A stretch of 64,000 nt of DNA from Yuukianura sp. NJ FZ-2021 (Eukaryota), in the NCBI GenBank assembly GCA_046563655.1, contig CM102290.1, forward strand, positions 9,300,001-9,364,000. Direction: 5' to 3'. A program made the position numbers and the translations under genes. This document shows positions 1 to 11,900 of the stretch, piece after piece. Within the stretch, counting starts at the first letter, position 1. Each line of letters begins with the position of its first letter. Below the pieces are notes generated by a model. The model had not been told where the DNA came from. It did not search any database and saw nothing but the letters and a program-made list of their open reading frames with translations.

Positions 1-3000
1 CAGAATAAAGTTAGGGAAGAGTACGTAACGGCACCGAGTTGCAGGACGCCTATGAACGGAAGAGTGCGGACGCAACTTTACAGGCTCCAGTCACTGAAGC
101 GTAGAAGGGTGCGTATTATATTCTTATTAGAATGCGATGGGAAGCCGCCCCGAAGTGTTCGATCCATTTACATTTACGTCCATAATATTCTGTAGATGAG
201 ATTGCGTCCGTAATTGTCCGGGATCAAGGTGCCCATGCCAAAAGAGACGAAGTGATTAGGAGGAGAAAGCAGGAGAGATTAATATTCTCCGCCACAACAG
301 ACAAAGGAATTAATAGAAATAAACAAGCCAAAGTGTGTAGTAAAAAGGAAGACGAGGGAGGAAGAGAGCGGATTTTTGAAAAACATAAATTTTGAAACAC
401 GGAGTAGGCTTTACGTAAGGCTGAAATTTTAGTTTTAAGGAAATGAGAAGTAATCAAGGGCTCTCGTGTTACTACTTAAAGCAAAGGGTCCATTAATAGC
501 AGTTGCTTCATAATGACTTCACGATCCCTAAACGTTGAAACCCTACCACTATTTCACCAAACTTACACCGAAGTGAAGTCACTTTTGAAACAAAGATGTA
601 GACATGCACGCACGCGTCAAAATACAAAAACAGAAAAAGTCAGGCAATGACAAAACGCGACCACCATCCAAACTACGTCGTAAAACTCTGCAAAAATTGA
701 AATTAATTCTTTTCTTTTGTACTTTTTAGCACGCAGTGTACTTTTATTAAAATGACTTTGTTTTACTGAGTACTTCAAAATGAAGCCGACACCTAACTTT
801 GTCTTTTTTTTGAAAATTTCAACACCATTAATTTCATTCTTTTACAAGAAAAGAAAACGAGACATACAAAAAAAAACATTTAAATTGAAAGCGATTTTGG
901 AAAAAGAGTTCAAGCTTGTAACTTTTAAGTTTAAGAAAGTTTTGGCGAATATGGGCTAAGAAAGTTGAAGAGAAATTAGAGAATTTGCACTCAACTCATA
1001 CCTTTCGTCTTAAAGGCAGTAAGTGCGATGAGAAAAAGATAAAAAGTACTTTCTTCTTCCTTTTCTTACTTTTTAAACTTCCCTCACTTTTTTTTCCTTC
1101 TCGGCCTGGTGAGAAAAAGTAGAGAAAGTTGCGAAATTTTTGAACAGAGGCGTGCAACCATTAACTTCAATTCCATTCCTGAATCGGATAATCCCCTTCC
1201 AAAAAGGAAAAAGCTTTTCCATAGGGATAGTACGAACCCACAAAACGCAAGGTTTAAAGTTGTGCCTTAACGACGCCTGCGTCATGCCATTTCCATTTCC
1301 TCACTCTTACATGTTCAAACGCGAAAGAATTTAGTAAGTTGCAATTAAACTTTTCCACTTACAAAAATTTTCATCATTTTTGGGAATCATAATCACAGAC
1401 ACCCAAATGGATTTTTCTCTTTTCCTAAAACTTCCCAAAGTTGCCTCTCGAAACAATGGAGTCAGAGGAATATAAAAGTTTTTGAATTATTGAAAATTAA
1501 TCCAAAAGTTTTGAAATAGACACAAAATTGCTAGAAGGATCAAAATAATGATGTAGAACATCGACCAGAAGAAAGTTTTTTCGCAGAGACTTTCTCCTTG
1601 TGCTTATGTCTGCTGCAATTGACTATTCCGGAAAGAAGGAAAATTTGCTGACCATGCTCTAAAAAATAAACTTTCTCTTTCAAGTTTTTTATCTGAAATT
1701 TGACCGTCTGGAGTCTAGTCTTGTCGAGTTTGAAAGCTAATGCTAGAGCTGCTTTCGTTTCGTTCGGTTCTATTCTTCGGTTCGGACTTTCACACAACTT
1801 GGCTCATGGCGTTCTAGGTCTAATCAGCTCAACATGTCTGACTCCTGACTTCTTTTGTGGTGACATCTCGTCAAACAGTTGGAGCTACAAAGTAGGAAGT
1901 TAGGATAGTCTTGTACTTATTTTAAAAAACGGACATTCCGAAAACTTCCGAATCCAATCAAAGAAATCAAATCAAAGCGTCCAAAGAAATACAAACATCA
2001 GTTCCACCCTCAGCTTCGACCGAACTTCCTATCAGGTCAACTTAACTTAACATGGAAACTGGTTTCAAAAGTTTCAATACCATTAGAGAATGGTCAATAT
2101 TCTTAACGATTACACAAAAACGTATTACATGTTTCCCAGTCTCCTGGGACTGACTCACTGAATTTCCCCCCACCCAAAGAGATCTCCTCAAGGAATTGAC
2201 TACACCCTGCACCTCTGATCTTTCCAGCGGGATATTCGAACCTTTGGAAGAAGAAAGGAGTTGGTTTGAAGCGTTTTCAAGTTTCTGTGCCACTCATTCA
2301 ATTCCCTTGTTTGTTTTGTTTGGTTGGTTTGGTGAGCTACGAGGTTGATATTGTTTGAAACCAATGGGGATGCGCCCGATATGTCGCCGTCAAACTTACT
2401 TTGCTCCGAATGCGGGCGGCGGTTCGATTCCGATAAAGCGAAGAAGGAGGCTCGGTTTGAATATGGCAGAGACTGGGAGGAGGAGGAAGCGATTGGAAGA
2501 GAAGACTTTTTTGGCCCAGTGCCCAATTCCATTATTCCAGCTTGGGACGCGACGCGTTCCGAAGTAATGCTTCCACCAGGCCCCACTTCCACATGATAGT
2601 AGTAATAGTGGTGGGGAGACTAGTACTAGTAAGTAGTTGCCTTGGTAACGCACCAAAGTTCTGACGGTGACGAATCATCTAGAATCGAGACACCAGCAGC
2701 AAAGTTCTAAACGAATCTAAACTACTTCTGGGCCAAGAGTCGACATCTGCCAGGAGTCGTTTTGAGTGCGGGTAACACAAAACAACAATGGTTGCATCAG
2801 ATGCCAAGGCTCCCGCCTTTCAATTTCACTAATACTACCCTGATATTCCTACCTCCAAACATGCTAGCAACTGAAATTCATCCTAACCTAAACGACATAA
2901 CATAGTACGACAGCATCTGGTACCTCCGAGCAAGTCACACCAAATCGCTCAACTAGAGAAAGACAACTTTCATAGAAAAAAACTTTTGGTAAACACAAAA

Positions 3001-6000
3001 CCCGTGGAAAACCGACTTCCTTGACCTTTGAACTCTAATTGGAGCAACTGAGAATTTGGCAAAACTTTTGAATTTGTGCAATGGGCTTGCTTTTTGTTAA
3101 AAACAAGTCAAGTCCAAGTGAATGCTTCAGCGGCATCAACATTGTACTACTTGCAAGTACTATATAGTCTGACGAATCGGGAGAGGAACAAGAAAGCTTT
3201 TTCAAGGAGCACTGGAGAAAGTCAGGAAAATTTGAAAGGAAACTTTCGTTTTTTCTTTCTTTTGTAAATTTCAATAGATGGGAAGACTTTGATCACAATT
3301 TTGATTAAGAAGCACACTTGGAAGTCTACGGTAAAGCAATGAAGGTTCCTCCAGCACCAGCACTTTTACTTGCTTCTCCAGGCTGCCCAACTCCCTTTCA
3401 CCGTGAAATGCAAATTCCTAACCTCATTCTCTCTTCTCTCCCTATAAAACTTCCTACCAAGTTAAGGTTGACCTTTGACCTAAAGTTATACCACCTTTAA
3501 CACCACTTTCTTCTGGAAGGAGTTAGTGAACGAGGATTTCCCTGGGCTCCAAGTCTTTTTATGACACTGTCACCCCTCCTTGAACTTTCCCTTGGAGCCC
3601 CTCTTTGAAAACACTTCCATCTGCTCTATCCTTGTTTTTCTTTCTGTTCTAATTTTTTTAGAAAATAGACTTGAGAAAAGACAATTGGAACAAAGGGGAC
3701 ATGGAGAGTAAAGTCAAGTTTCCGCTGAGCCCAGGAACACGATTAACATTAAGCAGAGCTTACATTCTCCAATCGGTCTCAAATCACATTAATTCAAATC
3801 AAATGGCTTGGAAATGGAAATTTGGATACGCAGTAGGAGAACTCTGTGTTCGGTCGCCTATACCCCATTGTGTGAAACATTTAAACGAAAATGGAAATGG
3901 TTTAAAACTAAAGTCTCCTCAAAAATACTTGTTTTTAATTTACATCGCAAAACGGTACAAAAATGAGCTCTTGTTTCCAGTTTAGAAAACAAACGGAATT
4001 CTCTTTAATAACAATAAATTGTCTTCCTAGCCCAGAAGTCGACCTTTGGGTTAGGAAGGAAACGTTTTCAAAATAAACCTCTTGCGATGAAAATGTTGTA
4101 AAAGTTGAAAAATCACTGGAGAAAAGTCAAAACTCAAAAATAAAAAATGAATTGTAGCGTTATAACTTCAGGATTTTGAAAAGTCAATTCAAAAGGATGT
4201 ACAAAAGTTGATACAACTGCTTTTGGGAGATAGAGGTAGGTTCCACTTTGAGCGGATTTTTTCAAATCCATATAATGTTCAGTTGAGTTTTTGTAAAGTA
4301 AAGAGAAAGTATTTTTTGCAGGAAATTTGAATCTGATCGTAGGATTCAAAAAAAATTCCAAAAAGTGGCGCTTTTTGGTCGATTGCAGTAGAATCCTCAA
4401 AGGATTCAGAGAGTGTGAAGGAGGACATTGGTTTTCTTTCGGTTTGTCAGTCAGAGATCCCAAGATCTACTTTCACCACTTTCACCAAAAAACTAAACCA
4501 AAAAAAACTTTTCACCTTTTGAAACTTTCTTTCTAGCTGGTATAGTGAAATATAGTAACGACAGTAGTAACGTTATTCCTTTGGTAAAGTTGGACAACCT
4601 TTCAGTTTTACAGTCGTTGAAGAAAAAACAGCCATAAATTTTTATTACCTGCTTTACTTTCACAAATTTTCATACTGGAAAATAAAACGCCAGTTTTTTA
4701 AAACGCAAAGAAGAAAGTGGCTTCTTCTTTCTTTTCCGTGTTCAACTGCTCAATTCCTAATTCCAATTCAAATTTCAAAAAAAAAGTTAACTAACGATAT
4801 TTTATTTGTTTTACTTCTTGTTTGCCTACTGTTGGAGAAAGTTATAATCGGTATAGGAATTGTTGTTTTGTTTATTTTTGGCAATTCCTGACCTGGTCTC
4901 TCTTTGTAAAATCCATTTAAAAGGAAAATGACTTGATTAGTAATTGAAAGAGGCGGGGCTAAGGCCCTTGTTTTGGAAGTTATTCGATTCGAAGAGCCTA
5001 AAGTAACATGTTGGATTGGGTTGCTTGCTACTTAAGAGGCTTTTGTGGATTAACCTTGAGTCGGCCTTTCTCCATAATTTAGATGCCACTTACATGGCCA
5101 CAGTAGTTTTCGACGACGAAGGCCTTGGCTCACCTTGCTTTAGTAGTTCGGGGAACTGCTTTTTAGCAGGGGCCAAACTCGTACACCTTTTGGCTGTAAA
5201 AAAAAACCTTGTGAATGGACTTGCCTACTTTGGTCATTGATTGAACCTCCCAGGAGCATTCTATTGAACTAGATCCAGTGCCCAATCAATAACTCACCAA
5301 CTGGACATCACCATAATTACGCCCCACAACTTGGGCCACAATACACTCATGACTTTGACCTTTCCCTCCTTTTCCCGAGCTAAACTGGGACACGGCCCCT
5401 AAAACTGTCACACGCCAACTAACACAACAACGTCACTGGGACAGTGACCTTGGCTTCAGTCTAAACACTCCAACACAAATATTTTCCAAGAACATGCTTT
5501 TGCAATAGTTTCTTTAGAAAAATCTAGTCATTCTCGAATTCCTATGATTAGTTTGTTTTTACTCAAATCTAATTTACAGAGATTAAGTACAAAGTATTGC
5601 TGGGCTTAGAGAAAGGTGTGCGAGAAATCTCAAACAAAATGAGTAAATCAAGGTTTACCAAACCCCAACGGATGGAGCTTAAATTCGGTCCAAGCGAGGA
5701 TTGCGCGCATATTTTCAAAATTTTACTTCAACGTATTTTATGTTTTAAAGGTACAGTTAAATTCCAGCAAATATCTTAAGCTACAACCGCAAATGACGAC
5801 TCAAGGTCTTGGCCGAACCTTTTTTGAAAAGTAGGTCAAATTGTAACCCGTAAACTGAAACCTGAGAAATTCTAATACAAAGATTGACCTGAGTTTGTTC
5901 TTGGCCTCCCACCCTACAATGTTTGATTTGGTGACCAATCAATTTAGTAATCAAAACGTCGTGTCTCACCTGTCCAAGGCTTGCTGAAGTGTTGATGAGG

Positions 6001-8975
6001 AGCGGTGTGTTACGGGTGACGTGTTGGACTGAAGATACTGCACCAACTAAGGCCACAACCAAGCGATGCCTAGACGACTATGCTGCACTCAGGAAAAAAG
6101 TCTGCTGATTCCCAGAGTGTTGCTGGAGCGCTGCGTCGACTCAGTATCGATTTGCCCAGACGCTGCTTCTATAAACGACGGAGAGCCACATGAGAAACAG
6201 CTCGGGAGCCAGCACAAAACCCTCGTCGTCATCCAGGCACCTAGCCCACCGCATAGACCATTAACTTCTCCCACCCAAAGGCAGGCACCCACCTAACATA
6301 ACACGGACGAAGGGGTGACCCCACCACCACAGCCAAGTGACCCCACCAAAAGCTATGGTGGGACCGCACCCTAACCTAGCGTAAAACTTAACCACCCAGT
6401 TCGTCTTTATTTCCGCAACAACACTAGGTTGACGTGAGACAAAAATGTAATATTCTTAACCCCAAGGGCTCCATGTTTCACTCCGTAGCCCCAAGGGGTT
6501 TAGGTTATGTTCATGGAGATGAGAACGATTTTCCAGTTAACAAAAATCATAAATAGAAATGAGTTACTACACTATTAATTAGCCTGTTGCCACAACTTAT
6601 AAACTTGAAAAACTAAAAAGTTCTGTTTGCGTGAAAAGGAAAAAGACGAAAAGTTTAGCTTACTAATTAAAATGGAAAACCAACTAAGGGGTTTAAATTA
6701 TGAAAGGCCGCAAAAGTCATAACTCCTCTATACTGGCGACCTCATCTAAACCACAAAACGGAAAGTTTTAAAAAAAGTTTCTGCACCAAAGTTTTTTTCC
6801 TGGAGACTTTTTAAGTGTGGTTTTGGCACTTGGATAGTTTTTGACAGCCGATTTCAGTTGATGACATCCAAGGCCGCTTTTGCTCCAATTTCTTAGGAAT
6901 TAATTTTGAGAAGGATTGATTCAAGTCCTTTGGGCATCTCCGCCTTGGCTACTATTGATCAGTGACCAAATGTCCGTCAGAATGTGCAGTTGACTTCTGT
7001 TTTGGCCTTTTGAATATTCATGGGTTGACACTCCTTGCAAATTGACAACCTGTGTTTTACAAATCAATTTTGGAATTTGAGAAGATCAATTTCAATGAGG
7101 GGAAAAACAAGGTTTCCAAAAAACAAGGGGATTTTCCAATGAGAAAGCCCAAATGTTTCTAGTGCTAAAACATATCGATTCATCACTCCCCTTCAAAAGA
7201 AAGAAAAATATGACGAATCCAAATCTGGAGAAAGTCAATTTTTCTCAGAACCAAAAATTGTCAAAAAACTCTGTTCTTGGCATTTTTTTTTCTTTCAAAA
7301 AGTCAGAATCTGTCCAGACTTTCTTTGTAACCTCATGCACTCTACTCAGCTTTCAATGTCAATTCAAAAGTCAACTGGAAACGGAAAATCTGACAGTTTT
7401 GAAATAAGCCTGAAGGGACACCTTTGTCACTCATTTTTTTCCAAAAGAAAATTTACCTTCTCGAGATCCTTTGTGGCAGCAGGATGCTTGAGGTCAGAGG
7501 TCAGAAGCCGTTCACCTGCTTCTGGTCCTCCTAAAAAAAGTTAGCAAACGTAATTTTGTATTAAATTTGATGCGTAACTTTGTGCTAAGTTTGATAATTG
7601 GGAATGGGAATCGAAGAAAAGGCTGCATGCCTATTAAGGTCAAAGTTAACCAAGGCTTTTGTTGAGAAAAGATTTGGGAGCCATTTTTAAAAGGCAGGTT
7701 TGTTTAGTGAATCCAAAGGGGAATTTGGATTCTATGTTTTCAGTTGCTTGCAGAACATTGCGTTGCTGGCTAAAAGGTTTCATTTCCCTTCTGTGTTTCA
7801 GTTTCATTTTGAAAGTGTCGCGTGTGCCTTCTCACCGCACTTTTCTTCCACTTTCTCCTGCTCCCTGACTAACTGCCATGCCATTTCGAATTAACTTTTT
7901 CATCCAAAGGCTCCTGGTTCATGGATATCCTCAACATACCACCAAAGCACACACTTCTATCAAGTTTTAGTTTTAGGTTAGCCTTTGGATAAAAGTACAT
8001 CCGCATGGATACACAACGCTACACTTTTCTCCAGAATCAAGTCTGGAGGGAATGTCAAATGTGAGTAGCGTTTTTAGCCGTCGAGAAAAGGAAATATCGC
8101 ACTTTGTTTCCATTACGTATTGATTCCCATCCAAATCATCCATCAAATATTCACACACACAGAAAGATTCGTCTTCATTTTTTTAATACTTTTTACTAAA
8201 ACTTTTACTTACTCCACTTTCTCTCTCTTTTGTTTTTGTTTTAAGTTTCTTCTCAAATTCTCAAAGGCTTTTGGAGAGATTACTAAAAGCTACTCTTTGA
8301 GTATTTCTCTTTTCTAAAATGAAAAGTTTTTTAAGAAATTTTTTAATCACCTTGAATCTCCCGCCCAAGTTTCCTACTTCCTTTCCGCATCACTGATGGC
8401 CATTCCTAGAAAAAGAAAAAACGAAGAAAAATGAAGAAATTAAAAAGAAAAGTTAGAAGCCTTTTCCTACTTTCTACTTCCCTCTCCCTGTCATTTCCCA
8501 CATGTAAAATGCGGTAAGTGGCTCTTAAAAAGAGGATGCTAATTTTGAAGTGCTCTCCCTACATTTTCCGCCTTGTCATTTCCCGCTCTCAGCTTTCAGT
8601 TCCAGTGCCTCATTTTCTTGTTTCACTGAAGACTATTATCTGGCAGGAGAGTTCCTATCCCTCAGGTTTTAATGGAATTTCCCTTGGAAGAGGATCTGAC
8701 AGGACGAGAGAATACATTTTCCAGCTCCATGGATTAAAACAATGGAGGCGACATTTTAGAAGAGGCTTTTTGCACGACGAAGTCGTCGAGCGGCAAAATT
8801 TAAAAAGAAAAAATGACACTTGAGCAGGAACAGGAGACGCTAAGTAAATTAGTAGAGGACTGAATTCAATTTTCCCCAAGTTCCTAATCACAATCTCATC
8901 ATGCCACTAAAGGCAAAAGCCCACGATGAATAAATCACTATCAAAAAAGGGGAGGAGTGGCGGGCGCGGTTCAAA

Positions 8976-11900
8976 TTAGGGCGCCATTTTGAACGCGAAT
9001 TTCCATTTCTTAAGGTTAGGTACCTCGTGGATTCGGGGACTTTGTTCGCCTTCATTTTGTCGCTTGGCCAAATGACGTGTTTGAGTCTGTATTGATCCTT
9101 GCCAGGGCCGAGCTGTTCCACCGGTAACGCCCGTTCCAGCCGAAGGTAAAATGAATTTGAGTTGATCTGACCCCAAGGTCATGGGGGAGTCATAGACGAG
9201 GGGGTAGGTGATGAGGGGTGGGGCTCGAGAGGAGGGCAGAATTCGGGGGGCGTAGGGGGGTTGGGCAGTGGGGTACGGGGATGGAGATGGGTATGGGGGT
9301 TGTGCAGAGGGGTATGGAGAGGGGGATGGGGAACTGTGGAACAGGGGTCCTGAACTTGGAAGTGGACGATTGAGCCCTTGAAGGGCCTGAGATTCCTGTC
9401 AAAATTTGGAAATTTGTGAAGTTAGATGTGAAGTGTAGAGGAGAGCGGGAGTATTTGATTTTGAATTAACCTGTGCCTGACTCCTGGGGAAGAGTGTTTG
9501 CGGTTGAGTGGATTCAGGTGAGTGGTGGTGGTTGGGAAGTCGTTGCTGGAGAACATTCAAAGTGCTGGACGTTGAGTCGTTGAATCTGCTCAAAAAAGAG
9601 AGAGGGAAGTTGTTAGTTGATCTCCATTTTGTTTGCGAATCCTTTCTCGGTACTTTCCCTTTGATTTTTACTTGGGAATCTCTGGAGAGAATATTTGCGG
9701 AGCATTATGTTCCCCGTCTACGATTCCACTGCTGCCGCGGCGGGAAAGCAGTTGCTGAGGAGGCGGAAAGGAGCTATCCTGGTCCCCTTCACAGGAGTCT
9801 ACAATGTGGATCTTCCACCCCAAGTATCTGTGCGTGTAGCACTAAAAAGAATAGACACACGGAATCTAGTCATCAATTTCAAATCAAAGCGCCTGTAAGT
9901 AAAACTATGGAAAACATTCTAAATTGAATAAAAAATTGAGTAAATGAAATGAAAAATTTCGGAAATGGAATAAAAAATTTCGAGGTTCAATCTCTCTGAT
10001 TTGATTTCTGATTTTTTTTTACTTGGTAGTAAACAGTGTCCGGTGTGTTGGCATCCGGCGTCCAGTGAACAATTCCAGGATGTCCATCTTCACACTTTAA
10101 ATCAAATTAAATAAATTCAATTAGTTAATTCAATTACTCCATTGATGAAATGAAAACAAAGCCGCGCGTGTACTTGGAGCGAAAGGCTTCTTTGGTAAGC
10201 ACCATACGATGGAAAAGCGTCTGCAGCCTGGCTTCCATTTTCTAAAAAATAAATCATAACGTCGAAATTTTGGAGATTCGAAAAAAAAATTCTCAATATT
10301 TTGGCAACTCATACCTTGCCATTGACACAAACGGCCGGTTCCAGTGCCACCGTAACCAGCAAATACCTTGACCTTCTAGAAAGACGTAAACGAAAACTGC
10401 GTTAGTCTGGTTAATTGTCGTGTTAAATGAAGTTTGTTTGAGGTGTTAATTGGAGCGTTCGTGACTGGAGTCCCTTACTCTCTTGTCACTGGGTGACTTA
10501 TGTTGAAATCCCCCTTCGGCGTCGTCCGTGATGTAGAAAGGATGGAACTTTGCAGGGATCTCAGCATTGTCTCCACCTTCAACTACAAACGTGTACGTTT
10601 TCCCGCGAACAAGGTAAACCTTTATAAAAAAAAAACACAGAGAAAGAAAAAACCCGGGTTTTCTCAAATTCCGCCTTTGAGCTTAGGAGCTTTCGCTTCC
10701 AAAATCTGCATCCATTTGATATTTTTGTGTGTGTTCTAATGATGAGTACCTCAGGAACTAGGAGACCATTGATGTACCAAGCAATTCCCCAACCAATTTT
10801 CCCTACAAAGGCAAAGTCAGAAGATTTTCTTTGGTGAAGTTAGGTAACGTTTTTATACAGTGGTGGGTATTCCGTATTAGTGCAATAATCATATGGAGAT
10901 TGTAGTTACCCGTGATGGCACTGTACCCACGTTTTCCACCGGTGGGACCCATTTGGGCATAGAAGACTCTGTCCTCTGGCTCATGACAAAGAATGGGCGG
11001 AACGCGCCACGCCGCAGGCGGTGGTGTGACAGCAGTACTACTGTCCTCCGTCACTTTTGAGGCCTGTGGTTTCTCGTCTGGGGTAAACTGAGAATTGGGA
11101 AGGTCAAAGGTAGGGGGAAGCGTTGTCGTGGACATGGGAGCGCTCAAATCACTTTCTGGAGCTGGACAGTTCCACTTGGGCTGCCGTCCAAAATCAATGA
11201 AAATGTCATCTAGCACAGAATCATTCATTGTTTTAAAATCTCTTCAAAGGGTTGGACTATATGAGCGCATTTTCAAAATCAAATTAATTTGGATGTAATT
11301 TCGCACTAGGCGAAGTCCTTGTTTTCGCGCCGGTGGAAGAGAATAATGAACGTATCCGACGTTTGTTAAATCCTTTGCTTAAGGAATGTTTAGATACCTC
11401 GATTCCGGAGCGTGTGGTAGGAGGCTTCGTTGCGTTGATTAATGGGCCCAACAGCCCAAATCACTGCTTCGCTGCTATTGGTTCGAATGGTTCGGTCGAG
11501 CTCATCTTGGGCTCTCAGCGGACGCTGGAAAGTGATCATCGTAAACTGATTTATGACTGCTCCGCTCAGAAGTCGAACATTGTTTGCCTCTGCCTGTAAC
11601 GTGAAACATAAAAAATTAGAGTCTTATACACTTTGTTAGGCTTTAGACGAATGATAGGAGGTTTTAAACAAAGTCTCCCAAGGGTACCTTGAGGCGAGAG
11701 TCGGGACAAACACCAGAACGTCCGGAACATTGCCCTTTGCCCTCAATAAAGTAGTCGACGACATGAGCTCTGCCGGTAGGACGATCATACCATGCTAACA
11801 CCACGTCACCACCAACCATTCGACTTCGTGATTCGTCACCGGACAAACCAAAGGAAATGTACTGTCCATCCTCCACGCGACCAACCAATTGCATCACAAT

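Noticed and set aside
2200..2656. Overlapping 70-130 aa ORFs as a protein-coding gene
   Set aside because: No recognisable motif, and joining the 2399 donor to the 1886 acceptor gives a stop within four codons.
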